From: Callorhinchus milii
Lineage: Eukaryota
Length of the DNA: 64,000 bases
Direction of reading: 5' to 3'
Assembly: GCF_018977255.1 (NCBI RefSeq)
Contig: NW_024704743.1
Coordinates: 55,058,001-55,122,000 of the forward strand
The translations under genes were made by a program, and so were the position numbers. The notes beneath the pieces were generated by a model. That model had not been told where the DNA came from. It saw only the letters and a program-made list of their open reading frames with translations, and did not search any database. Positions within the stretch are counted from its first letter, which is position 1; the number at the start of each line of letters is the position of its first letter. This document shows positions 51,890 to 64,000 of the stretch, in pieces.

Positions 51890-52589
51890 AGAATGGTAAA
51901 ATAATCTCCAATATATTGCAGCAAGCAAACTACCACCCTGACATCAGTAATATATTAATACTCACAAAAAATGTACTTACTAAAAATGTGCAGCTTGTGT
52001 AGAGCAATATGTTAGAGTAACAGCCTTTAGCGTCCTACTGTTAAAATGTACTTCTGCCTCTGCTGATCACCTGGGTTATATTGCACACCACAGATTTCAA
52101 AAGAAAAAAAAAATCAATGTGCAATTATCATTACAATCTGAGCAACAGACCCAGGTTAAAATTAGAGAATGGCTGCTACGCACGTGTGCTGAAACTTGGC
52201 TGTAACTGCAAATATACTTCAGGGCAACCAAGTTTGAGTACGCCTCGTGAATATGCTTATAACACAGGTGCCCTGTTGATCCGCGGTTACTCGAAGTGCA
52301 GTACACTTCCAGCATGGACTGGCTGGTGTCCTGTGTATTGTGCATCCGCGGGAATTTGGCCAAACCGCACTGGGAACCTCAGTAGCGACCTGATTACTCG
52401 GAAACAAAAGTGGGGGCCATCTATTTTGTGAACTAAATATAACACGGTGCCTAATCTAATGGACCAAAACAACATGTTATAATGGGAGTCACCCTATCTA
52501 TCTGCTTTTACAGATTCACAAGCAGAAAGGGGGTCCAAATATTCAAAAGCATGTCCAGGTTTTCAAACATATGGACTCCCAAGCATTTC

Positions 52590-52925
52590 AGTCCTGCACC
52601 ATATTGGCTAGAGCACTTGCCTCACAAACCTTCGGCAAGTTTCCTTACTCCACATGCCTCTATTTACCTAGCAGAAAGTAGAAACTCGATTGTTAGTTGA
52701 TTGGTGGATTGCTTTCCAGGGGTTATAACCCTTCAAGGAAAATAATAATAAATAATAAGAATTTGACCACTCAATCGACAGCTGTTTGTGGGACACTGCT
52801 GCGTGCAATTAGCTGCTGCATTTCACCCACAAAAAATATACCGTCAATTCACTTTACAGTGTGTTCTGTGAAGCGCTTTGAGATGTCTAGACAACATGAT
52901 GTCAAATGCAATTATGATTTTTATA
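52590..52925 (+). mobile_element. SINE family A, diverged
   Basis: ggcaagtttccttactccaca...gctgtttgtgggacactgctg...gaagcgctttgagatgtc. Confidence 0.8.
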
Positions 52926-52939
52926 TTAATCCAGAATAA

Positions 52940-53340
52940 GAATCCTGATAGAGGTCTTCAAGATAATGAAAGGTTTCGACAGGCTAGATAAGGAAAAGCT
53001 GTCTTCGCTGGTCGTTGTGTCTGTGACCCATGGTCATGGTCACAGTCACAGTCTTAAGATATCTACCAAAAGAAGCAGAGGGGAGGTTAGAAGAATTTTT
53101 TTCACTCAGCGAGTTGTTCGAATTTGGAATGATCTGCCTGAAAGGGTAGTGAAGTCCGATTCGATAACAGCTTTTAAGAGAGAACTGGACAGGTCTCTGG
53201 GGAAGACGGGTTTGCAGGGTTATGGGGAGAAAGCTGGTGATTGGGGTTAGTGAAAGTGACTTGCTCTGTCAAAGAGCCGGCACAGACTCGATGGGCCGAA
53301 TGGCCTCCTTCTGTGCCGTAACATTCTATGAATCTATGAA
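52940..53340 (+). mobile_element. CR1 LINE 3' end
   Basis: LIEVFKIMKGFDRLDKEKL...RRIFFTQRVVRIWNDLPERVV; 3' UTR gatgggccgaatggcctccttctgtgc and (attctatg)n-type tail. Confidence 0.92.
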
Positions 53341-54221
53341 AAAAAACAATCCTAATCAACAGGAGGAAATACATTTTTTTAATAAGTTATAAATCTGCAG
53401 CAGGACAATGTGAATCTAGATCTGGTTGTTAACCTTGCCCAGAAGCTGATGCAAACCTGGGACTATAAATGAGGTAGGAATACATTCAGCTTGAATCTAA
53501 ATACATCCACATATGAGGCTTTACTATGGAGTAAAGAGTGACCTATGTCTGCAAGACCTGTGCATCAGAATCATTCAGCAGTCCTTAATGGTAATAGATC
53601 CGACCATTGTTCCTCTCTGGACTGAAGCAGCAAGGCAGGAAGTAGGAAAGCCATTAGTTCTGCTTCTCTATCTACACCTTAATGTGGTGCTTACCAGAGC
53701 TCCAACAGATATGAATTCCCGGTTCCTGCTATCGCAGGCTTTCTATGGCAGCTGTTGGGAAAATTCATTAGTGTTTTCCTGCTATTTTGTAAGAATCAGT
53801 GGATGACCTTGGCTCCACATTTGTTGAGAATGGGATGGAGGGGGGAAGGGCAGCCATGTCCAATACATCACTTATGCTAAATATAAAATAAACTAAACCT
53901 TCCTTAATGACAGTCGTGTTTCTGTGAAAGATAATCTGTAATCAGAAACCCTAATAAACAACAATGGTAAAAGGTCAGAAAGCAAAATTACACTAACTGC
54001 ACAACTACTAAGCAACTATCTCACACAATTTCGAAGATAGCAGTTTTCTCTGGGTATTCCCATTGGGTACACACTGTGATACCTCTGTTCTCTCACCAGT
54101 AAAGAGACAAGGAAATCGTAGATGGCTATGGGTGGCAGAAAGTGAGGTGCTTGCTTCATGTCACCATTTCTGCCAAAGCTGAACAAAATGGTTGGAAAGC
54201 CAAGCACTTAATAACATAATC

Positions 54222-54465
54222 ATGATCCTTACATTCGACATATCAGGAGGATGTCTCAAAGCACCTCACAGGCCTTACTATAAAGTATAGTGACTACTTT
54301 GTAGATGAACACTGCTGGCAGCCAATTTACACACAGTAATGTCCCAAAACAGCCATGAAGTAAATGACCAATTTTATTTGGGGGATTATCAGACAGGACA
54401 CCGTGAGAATCTCCCTTCTCTTTTTGAGTCATGCTGTGGGATTTTTAACATCCACTTGAACAGCC
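54222..54465 (-). mobile_element. SINE family B fragment
   Basis: ggcagccaatttacacacagtaatgtcccaaaacagcc...gggatttttaacatccac. Confidence 0.7.
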
Positions 54466-55089
54466 ATGAACAATACAGATTAGTAATATTTGATACCTCA
54501 GAGTTTTGTATAATTGCCTTCAAGAGTTGGAGATCGATTGCATGGAGCTTTTCCTTCTTAGAAGCTTATTTGTACATTATTCATCTCCTTCTGGCAATCA
54601 AATAAGTTAAGTAGAGCTTGTTGCCTAGGGAAGGAAAGTCCATGATCGTTTGAATTCCCTCATCTCATTCTGTACTATAACCTTTGTGTGTTAAGTTTAA
54701 TTCAGGACTGGAGAGAACTAAAATCAGTTCCATCGTATGTTGAGCAATCAACCTATTTTATTAACTGTAACATTGCTTCAGGCTTGGTTTAATGTGTTGT
54801 GTTTTGAAAGGATTTTTCTGGTGGGTATATATTACCCTTTAGAATAGATCATATGCTTTTTGAAGGTCTTGTAGTGCTCCTAGCTGTTAGTTTAAAAAAT
54901 AAATTCTCCCCCTCCCCCCCACCCCTGCTAAACAAAGATTGGGATACATGAAATTGCTATAAAGATATTCAATCTGTTCAGCATGTCCCAAACATCTCTA
55001 ACTTCCTTGCCTGGACTCTGGCCCATTTCCTCAGAGACTATGAGAACATTGGTGAGGAAGCCATTTTTGGAGCAGACTGGATCTTGGCT

Positions 55090-55380
55090 TGCATCCATAA
55101 AGGGATGAAGCCCAAGTTATAGGAAGTGATAGTGAACTTGTACAGAGCACTAGTCCAACCTGACCTGAATTACTGGAATAGTTCTGAACAACCTATTACA
55201 ATACGGGCATCTTAGCGTGAGAGAAGGTACAGAGAAGGACAACTGAACAGGTAGCTGGAAGTCAACACAGGAGTTATAAGGAGGCGGCAAAATGTTCACA
55301 ATGGAGAAAATGAGGCTAAAAAATATACAACTGAAATACTGAATGTCCTAAATAGTATAGATGAACTGAAACCTGTGAAA
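55090..55380 (+). mobile_element. Old CR1 ORF2 remnant
   Basis: aggaagtgatagtgaacttgtacagagcactagtc...gagaaggtacagagaaggacaact (LY.ALV.P.L.Y / EKVQRR motifs). Confidence 0.65.
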
Positions 55381-55597
55381 AAAGCAATCGGTTCTAAAAA
55401 GCTTGGGGTTGGAGGTGACTGGAATAACTTTTTAGCATTAGTGTTAGCATAATAAAATCATATCCTTTATTTTCTCTTTGCAAAGTGCACAGAGCAAGTT
55501 TATTTGAACAAACAATTGACAAGTGCACTTATGTAAATGCACTTAAACTTATACAATTCCCTTACTCCAGGTCTATCAGTTCATGAAGTGCATGTTT

Positions 55598-55940
55598 GGG
55601 TGTCAGTCTGGCTTAGTTGGTAACAGTCTCAACTCAGTCAGAAAGTTGTGGGTTCAAGGCCTACCTGAAGACTCTGAACTCAGAGTTCAGGCTGACACTC
55701 CAGGACAGTGCTAAAGGAGCGCTACATTGTTTGTGGTGCCGTCCTACCGATGAGACATTAACCTGAGATTCCTTCTGCCTGTAAGATGGATGCTATAGAT
55801 TCCATGGCACTATTTGAAATATATCCTGTGATATATTTACTTGCTATACTCGCTATAAAGATATTCAATCTGTTCAGCATGCCTTAGCACTTTGAGTCAT
55901 TGAGACAAAGTGATAAGGCACTATATCAAATGCAAACATT
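55598..55940 (+). mobile_element. SINE family B with replaced central segment
   Basis: gggtgtcagtctggcttagttgg...gttgtgggttcaag...gctgacactcc...ccatggcactatttgaa, then foreign sequence, then the tail. Confidence 0.75.
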
Positions 55941-57689
55941 ATTTTTGTTATATCTATCCCAACTCACTGCCTTCCACAAATGATACTTTCATGGTCCTAA
56001 CTCCAGTTTATACAGCCATCAGTGAAGAAACGTTTGCTTATCACAAAAATACCTGAACAAATCTTGTTGTCAATCATGATCAAATTCAGGATTTTAGATT
56101 TACAACAGCAACAACAACTTGCATTTATATAGCGACCTCTGGTAGGGTAATTTCTCAGAAGGCTTCACAGCGTTGGATACAGAGGGTTTTTTTCGGGGGG
56201 GAAGGTGGGAGCATAGGCTCATTCAAAGAGGTAGGATTTGCACAAGCGGAGGGCTGTTGTATCATCAAAGCAACTTTCTGTAGGAATAAATTTTGCCTTA
56301 GACTAATTGATCAATGCTGCTCATATAAGATTGTTAACCAGATAAGAGTCATTCTGTGCTCTGCACTAAGTGATAGCTTAGCACTATCAGCCAACATGAT
56401 GCTGAGGCATTTATATTAATCTCTGCATTTGATATAATCTCTGTACTGTCCAAATGTTTCAAAACCATTCACAGGCAATTGCAGTCAAGGACAGTGATTT
56501 GCAGGAATCTGCATCAGACATTTTCTGCATATCAAGATCCCATAAATTGCAGGATTGTTGGCCAAGAATCCGGGAGAAACTTGGGTTTCTTTTTGAATAA
56601 TGATTTTTAATGAATATCTGAACATGCAGGTGAGATCTCAATTTAATAATAATAATCCTTGCATTTGATATAGCGCCTTATCAAGTCTTCGAGATGTCTT
56701 AAGGCGCTTATACTGTAAAGTGAATTGACTGTATATTTTGTGGGCAAACTTCTCATCTGAAGGAAGGCACCCTCCCATTAGTACACTGGACTGTCCTGAC
56801 ATGAGGCTTGAACCTCAGAAGTAACAGTGCTACCAACTGAGCCAGACTAACACCAAAATACCTGAAAATCCCAAAGCATTCCGACCCCAGCCCCTATTTC
56901 TGAATTACAAATGCAGAAATTATAGAGTGACTTGCTTGAGTTAGAAATGTAACAATGGAAAGAACTGTTAAAATGCACCTGACAGAAATGATTCCGCTAT
57001 CAAGGCACAGAGGGAAAACAATTACCGTGAGTCAAAGCTGCCAGAAAAGCTAAGGACCTTCTTCATGGTTTTCAATATTTTTTAATTCTGATCAATGCAC
57101 CTAAAAACAGTTATTATTCTTTTAAAAAAAACTTTTCCTCAGGCTTCCAAAGTTTCACAACATGAATGACCCTGCCTGGCTATCATGTTGCACAGAAAGG
57201 GAACTAGGGCATGGCCATATTGCAGGATGTTTGAAATCTCTCAAGTAGTTGAGCTACGTATAAATAGAACATATAAAAACACTGTGGTAAATCTTGGGTA
57301 TAATCCAGGGATAAAAGTAATGCCTGGGTGTTAGCGTCTGGGAATAGATTACTGGTATATGAAATACATTGATGTCCTGTTTGAACTAAAACAGTAAGTA
57401 AATCTACATTGAGTGTCAATTCGCTACTAAGTTGAATTAAACCTATATAAACTATTGATTGAATTTAAATGCCTTCTATTTCACCCAGTTAATAGGATCC
57501 TCAACCAACTGCGTATTGTCAGGCATTTTCACATGTGGCACAAAACAGACTTACATTGTCCTCCCAAATAAAGTGTCTGAGTTGACAGCACAATAATAAA
57601 TAGTAGTTTGTAGGCACCATTGAAATCTGTTGCCATATTTAAGATTCATAAGTTAAAATGACATTTTAAAGATAAAAGAGGCCTTTGGG

Positions 57690-58222
57690 ATAACAACAAC
57701 AAATAACAAAATTACATTTATAGAGCGCCTTTCAAGTCGGGAGGACGTCCCAAGCGCTGAACAGTCAAGTGTCGGGGCCCGGACATGGGGGAGGGGTGGT
57801 GCAGAGGTGAGGGAAGGCAGAGAGGTGGGAGGGCGACCAAAGGCACGATCGAAGAGTCTTGAGACCGGCCTTGAAGGAGGCAAGGAATGAGGTGAGGCGA
57901 AGGGACCGTGGGATGGAGTTCCAGAGTATGGGGGCAGAGAGGCTGAAACCCGTCCACCGATGGTAGGGCGGGTCGAGCGGGAGACATGGAGCAGACCGGA
58001 GCCCGCTGAACGTAGGGAGCGGACAGATTGGTAGGGAGTCAGCAGGTCAGAGAGGTAGAAGGGGGCAAGGCCATGGATGGCCTTGAAAGTGAGGTCGAGG
58101 ATCTTGAACTCGATCCTCTGAGGGATGGGGAGCCAGTGTGGAGTCGAGCGAGGGTGGGAGTGATGGGGTCGTGCAGCCTGGTGCACGAGAGTACACGAGC
58201 TGCAGAGTTTTGGATGATCGTG
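57690..58222 (-). mobile_element. L2 LINE 3' fragment
   Basis: IIQNSAARVL...HWLPIPQRIEFKILDLTFKAIHGLAPFYLSDLL with frameshifts; (caa)n tail at left. Confidence 0.92.
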
Positions 58223-58249
58223 ACTTGGCCACACCTGGCAAGATTCATA

Positions 58250-58703
58250 TCAGAGAATCATAGAATCTTACAGCACAGAAGGAGGCCATTCAGCCCATTG
58301 TGCCTGTGCCGGCTCTTTGGAAGAACTACCCAATCAGTCCCAATCCCCAGTATTTCCCCATATCCTTACAATTTTTTCCTCTTCAAGTACCTATCTAATT
58401 CCCTCTTGAAAGTTGTTATTAAATCTATTTCCACCACCCTCTCAGGCAGTGCATTCTAGACCATAGCAACTCTTTTGTCAATTATCTTAAATCTACGTGC
58501 TCTGGTTACCCAACTGCCAGTAGAAGCAGTTTCTCCCTGTCTACTCTATCAAAACCCCTCATAATTTTGAACACCTCTATTAAATCTTCCCTTAACCTTC
58601 TCTGCTCCAAGGAGAACAATCCCAGGTTCTCTCGTCTTTCCACATATCTAAAGTCCCTCATCCCTGGTACCATTCTGGTAAATCTCCTCTGCACTCTCTC
58701 CAA
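58250..58703 (-). mobile_element. CR1 LINE 3' end
   Basis: ERVQRRFTRMVPGMRDFRYVERRENLGLFSLEQRRLREDLIEVFKIMRGFDRVDREKL; CR1 3' UTR. Confidence 0.93.
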
Positions 58704-60659
58704 GTGATGTCAAAACTTCAAGAGAGGAGAACTGCAAATGCTGAACATCAGAAATAAAGAGGTTTGCATTGTATTCCTAGCATTCAATTCTCATGCAAAA
58801 ATTTGCACAACTCTGATTTGCAATGCAAATAGGTTCCATTATTTCAAAATAACCAATTATGTTCTACTATTCCAGGAGGGGAATGTTTTGGGTATGATCT
58901 TTCATCAAAATCAAAACATTACCTCTCTTTAAACCTACCTCTTCAATCACATATGGTTATCTTCCCTTCCCCTTTGCTTAGCATCTGACCGCACTACTGT
59001 CAAGTGCTCCAACACATTATCCTATGTGAAGTGTACTATATGAAATTCAAGTTGTTATTGTTCAGTGCTGTTAACTCAAACTTAATGTACAGAAGCACCA
59101 TGGACTAGGTAGTGTTTATATCGTCTGCATTTATTATCAGTGTTTACAACATCATGGTTTAGCTCGTGTGTCTCTGCACAATTGTGTACAATCCCTCTCC
59201 GTTCATCATGTTTCTCAGCCCACCAACATTACACCCTGAAACAACCCCAGCTCCATACCTCCCTTTACAATCAGATCACTCTGTCTCATTCCACTCTACA
59301 CATTCTGAACTCTGTTTCTAGACTCAGCTATTTCTCCTCTATCTGCAAAGAATTATCGAGGTGCAGAGACAGAATTGTTGCACCAAATGTCATTTGACCA
59401 ACACAGAGGCATACAATTATAGATTAACCATCATTACCAGGCCTAACTAAATAACATTAGTTTGCTTTTGAAATTTAAAAACAAGAAGCTACACAGGACT
59501 TGGGAGTGTTACCTCACAGAAAAATAAATGTCAATATCAGATCACATAACAGAGCTTTATAGTGAAAGGAGTTTCTCCTGGTATCCTGGCCAACAATTCT
59601 CAATATTAATTGGTCATTCACCTCAAGCCTTTTACTGGGGCTTTTCTGTGCACAAAATGTATGTAGTTTTTACCTACACAATAGTTGGCAGAAATTACTG
59701 TAAAGTGCTTTGCCACGTTTCAGGGACTTTAGAAATGAAAGCACGATTTTTCTTACTCGAGTTCTTTTGTCTGGATTGTATAATATTAACCACACTTTTC
59801 TTTTTATGCCAACATTGTTTTTACCAACATCCAGACTGTGAGCTATAATGTACATCTTGAAAATCTGCTACAGTGCAAAGAATGACAAGGAAAACTGGAT
59901 TTAGTGCTTCTTTTGAATCTTAAAGGGTCGCTGGTTTTAGAATGTTACACAGTCAATGTGCATTGGGAGATTGGGGGAGGTGTGGGGGTTTGTTGAAGAA
60001 GTGAAAATGAGAGGCCAACTGAATGAAATCTCTGCATCCACATCATCTCCATTAGACCTCAACTAACAACCGGAGTCAAACCTAAATTATTTTAATTAAG
60101 CTTATCTGCTGGGCGAGGACTTGACTGGATCACTCCCCCTCAGTTTACATGGTAAAAGCAAACACTCCAGTTAAGAGAGTTCAGGTACAGGTCTGACAGG
60201 GACCTGGAGAACACCCATGTTCCATTACTAGCTCCTCTCCTCCACCTGAAAATGTAGAAAATGGAGGCTGTCAAAAGAAATTTACTCTTGGGAACTGTAG
60301 AATGATTATTTAACGTAAGATATTGTTGCTATTTGTCTAGTTGTACCTATCTATTTTGTTTCACATTTTGTTTTCCAGCAACCGTAATCAAACCAACAGT
60401 ATTAAATACAAACAGTGTTCAAAAGTTAACAATTATATGAAAAGGCACCAAAGCATGACCTAATGTAAACATTTGAGATATTTATATCAATGTCCTTGCC
60501 TAACCCCAAGAGAGTAGCTAGATTCTTAGCAATGAGACAGCTTGATGCAATGATGTATATCAAATACAAGGATTATTATTTATTTTTTATTAATAACCAC
60601 TCTAATTATAATAAAGATAAATATTAATTCTTAATTTGATATAGCATCATTGGGATAAT

Positions 60660-60945
60660 CAGGATAATAATAATCTGCATTTGATACAGTGCTTTATCAC
60701 GCCTTTGAGATGTCTCAAAGCGCTTCATAGAATATACTATAGTGAATTGACTGTATATTTTGTGGGCTAAACGCAGCAGCCAATTTCTACACAGCAATGT
60801 CCCATGAACAGCCATGAAGTGAATGCTGAATTTTATCTGGAGGCTTGTTGGTCAGTGAATATTTTTAAACCGTGCCATGTGATCTTTAACAGTTACCTGA
60901 ACAGGCAGACAGGGCCTCGGTTTAAAGTCTCATCTGAAGGATAAT
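60660..60945 (-). mobile_element. SINE fragment (family B body, shared tail)
   Basis: acagggcctcggtttaaagtctcatctgaagg and gcagccaatt...gtcccatgaacagcc. Confidence 0.7.
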
Positions 60946-60957
60946 TGTTTACAGCAC

Positions 60958-61314
60958 TATGTGTTTGTGAGTGTGTGTATCCCTCTCTCTCTTTGCCTGT
61001 GAGCGTGTATGTCTCTCTCTGTGTGTGTGTGTCTCTCTCTCTCTCTGGGTCTGGTGTTCCCCTACCCCAAAAAAGCCATCCAGTTTTTGTTAAAGCAACA
61101 ATTAATTTTTTTTGGAACAATCTAATATGTTTATTCCCTCATGTTCGTTTTTATCAATAAAGTGAAAAAATGTAGGTTGGCAGTGAAATGTACCTCAATA
61201 GCACCAATCAACTCCCCTCCATTTTTTNGCAAAATTTGTCAAACATTTCCCCGCAAAATCTTCAAATCTCCCTGCAATGTTTGGCAAAAATTTCCACACT
61301 TTTCTATTGGCCCA
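60958..61314. mobile_element. Partial copy 3 of the microsatellite-bearing TIR element
   Basis: Shares aatctaatatgt...tttttatcaataaagtgaaaaaatgtaggttgg...aaatgtacctcaatagca with 500-590; ends ccacacttttctattggccca. Confidence 0.8.
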
Positions 61315-62336
61315 GTTCATTACCATTACTCAAGTATTAAAAACTTTGAAACTTGGAACTTCACACGTTATGTATTTCTGCTTCCATAAGCTTTCTGCTC
61401 AGCAACCATTTCCAATTTCATTTCCATTTCCAATCATCCATTTCAGTAGTTACAACTTTTTAATCACAACCATTACTGTAGTGGGGGTCTTGACTTAATA
61501 TACTGACCAACTAGTAAATATTCTGGGGTGGGAGGGAAGAAGAGAGGTAAGTGGATTCTCCTTGGAGCTGAGTTGTGTCCAAGGTGATGTGCTTGCAACA
61601 CAATGTTGCAATCGAGTCAATCCTCTGTGGCATCTCGGTAGTATGGTTCCTGAGCTATATGAATCCGTGGGACTTCAAGGAACTGCTGATGACAGATCAG
61701 CCAGCCTGGCTCATCGGCAGGACTTGGAAGAACAGATCTGGTCACTGGGGGCAGGAATTCTTCACTCTTAATTCCATTTCCTACAGGAAAATATCCATGT
61801 GTAGGTAAGTGTCATACATATGTGAAACTCTGAGTCTGGTTTGAATACTCTTAAGCATGTGTCAGACATCCGGCTGACCAAACAAAATAATGATGTTTAC
61901 CACTAATAAAGGGATCTATCAGATATAAAATATTACTTGGAAATTATTCTATATACCAGTTTTAGAGATGTGTAATATCCAGCTTGCTATGCATCTCCAT
62001 TTGTGATGCAAAAGTAACCCAGTTATCAGCTGACCATCTACCTTGCAGAGATATCTATATCGTTTTCAGAATGAAATGAAGAGTGTTTAAAAGGCATGGA
62101 AACCTATGATCCCCTGCAGAATAGTGTCTTTAAAAATACTTATTCTTGCCATTTTAAATTCTAAGCGTGTATATAAGCTATTGTTAAACTTTTACCACTT
62201 TAGACTCAAGCTCGTGAGTATCTAGTAATAAATGGACTATCCTCCTTGGGAGGGAAGTAAGCAGAGTCTTCTGAATTGGCTCCAAGGTGACATGCTTGGC
62301 AATGGAATGCCAGAATCAAGCTTATGTGGTGTTATT

Positions 62337-62636
62337 CCAGGGCACTGCTGTCTGTACTACAGGACACTGCTGTCTGTACTCCAGGGCCCTGCTGTCTGTA
62401 CTCCAGGGCACTGCTGTCTGTACTCCAGGGCCCTGCTGTCTGTACTCCAGGGCCCTGCTGTCTGTACTCCAGGGCCCTGCTGTCTGTACTCCAGGGCCCT
62501 GCTGTCTGTACTCCAGGGCCCTGCTGTCTGTACTCCAGGGCCCTGCTGTCTGTACTCCAGGGCCCTGCTGTCTGTACTCCAGGGCCCTGCTGTCTGTACT
62601 CCAGGGCCCTGCTGTCTGTACTCCAGGGCACTGCTG
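62337..62636. repeat. 22-bp minisatellite (ccagggccctgctgtctgtact), about 13.6 copies
   Basis: Directly visible; explains the 22-aa periodic ORFs at 62232-62690. Confidence 0.98.
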
Positions 62637-63084
62637 ATGACAGACCAGTCAGAATGTCCAATTAGCAGGACATGGAAAAGCAGCCACTAAGAGCAGGACT
62701 TCTGACCACTCAACTCCCATGAACATAGCACGCAAAAGCACTGACGGTGGTCCTGTCTGGACAAGCAGCAGGATACTTGCCAAACTGTACTTGCAGGGCA
62801 AATGATACAGTTTTAGCTAGTTAAAGTCCAGGAGTACCCCAATGCCTACTCTGCAATCTCCAAACATTGCCGCTTGCCACCTGCCCCCAATACTCTCTGA
62901 GATTAGGTAAGCAGGTGCATCCCTCCGGGGAGAGACTACTCATTCCATTCTAGAAACGGAAATTTCCACGTGTGGATAGCATTACTTAGAACTCTGTTTC
63001 GTTTGGATACTCTTAAGCATAGTGATGGATTTCTGCACGTGTCAGACATCCGGCTGATCAAATGCTTTCCTCCTAGAATAGAGA

Positions 63085-63446
63085 AGGTTGAAAGTAGACT
63101 TTTTTTTCAAATTATTGGAACGAAAACTTGTAGAATGTACTTCCACCTGTGGGTGAGTCAGTAACTGGAGGGCACAAATTTCAAGGTAATTATCAAAAGA
63201 ACAATGGGAGAGGTAAGGAGTTATTTTTCAACACAAGACTGTTAGGACTTGGAACGCCCCACCTGGAACTGCAGTTGAAAAAGAATCTATATTGGGTTTT
63301 AAGGGAGAATTTGGCAGTGAGAAATAGAAAAGGGTATGGGGGAAAAAAAATCAGGAAAATGGGTATAATGGATAGCTCTTTCAGAAAGCCAGCACAGTAA
63401 CAATGGGCTGAATGGCCTCCTTTTGAGCTATATCTATGATTCTATG
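63085..63446 (+). mobile_element. CR1 3' fragment, diverged
   Basis: gggcacaaatttcaaggtaat...atgggctgaatggcctcct...tatgattctatg. Confidence 0.75.
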
Positions 63447-64000
63447 TTTTTGGATGTGTCCCAATAGATAGAATTTTGAAGACTTTACCAAATGATAAGA
63501 GGTAGGAAAGTAATTGGCACAGTTAAGTGTTTTCATCAATTTGATGACTGAAAGTTAACTCAAAGTCAAAAAAATACATGGACTCAAGCCTGCGGCAAAT
63601 GTTACATTTAGACTGCAGATTACTTTAGAGCTAACTGTATATAAACTGTTTCTGAAGAAGCCTAAGGCTGCAAGTACAAGGTTTCTGTTCTGTTTCCATT
63701 AGCCACATAACTTGGAATGCAAGAGCACCAGTGACAAAATTGAAAGTACCCTGGACCTTGTCTTTGTATGTAGTCTGTGCTTGTCCTTCTTCTGGCTGCA
63801 TGCCAACTGCAGACAATGTTATTTGAGGAAATAGCACAAGCCAGCAATGCAAAAAAAAAAGTTGCTGACCAAAATGTATCTCGGGCCAAAACAACATGGC
63901 CACTAGCACATCCAGCAGTAAGGGGAGCAGTGTTTGCCTTGTTATCCAGGGTGCTGAGATGCCGTCAGAGACACCAAGAAGATCCACCTTGCAACAGCGT

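Noticed and set aside
62232..62690. Repetitive ORFs and a CRISPR-like look
   Set aside because: Head-to-tail 22-bp units with no spacers, in vertebrate DNA; a minisatellite.
63631..63987. 118-aa minus-strand ORF in AHR orientation, with an acceptor-like tgtctgcag
   Set aside because: No similarity to the AHR bHLH exon or any protein I recognise; no convincing donor.

Overview
Vertebrate genomic DNA, most likely a cartilaginous fish (inferred from SacSINE1/Deu-type SINEs, shark-type CR1 3' UTRs and abundant L2 fragments). The whole window lies inside one minus-strand gene, an aryl hydrocarbon receptor (AHR, AHR1-like). I found three small coding exons by hand translation; only exon 3 appears in the ORF track, buried in a longer ORF. 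They are 45403-45506, 20974-21063 and 1631-1754, equivalent to human AHR exons 3, 4 and 5 (post-bHLH linker and PAS-A), with canonical GT/AG sites and consistent phases. The introns between them are about 24 kb and 19 kb. The bHLH exon and downstream exons lie outside the window. The rest is intronic: two tRNA-derived SINE families, L2 and CR1 fragments, a probable solo LTR, TIR-bearing non-autonomous elements (one with a 2.3 kb CA/GA microsatellite), an unclassified old repeat and a 22-bp minisatellite. Almost all listed ORFs are spurious or retroelement remnants. I cannot support a novel multi-gene system. The best leads are regulatory or structural: a promoter-like module with paired inverted PBX/MEIS motifs in intron 3, a cluster of AHR response elements inside the AHR gene, and an L2 insertion with twin-priming-type 5' inversion. 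Repeat boundaries are approximate.
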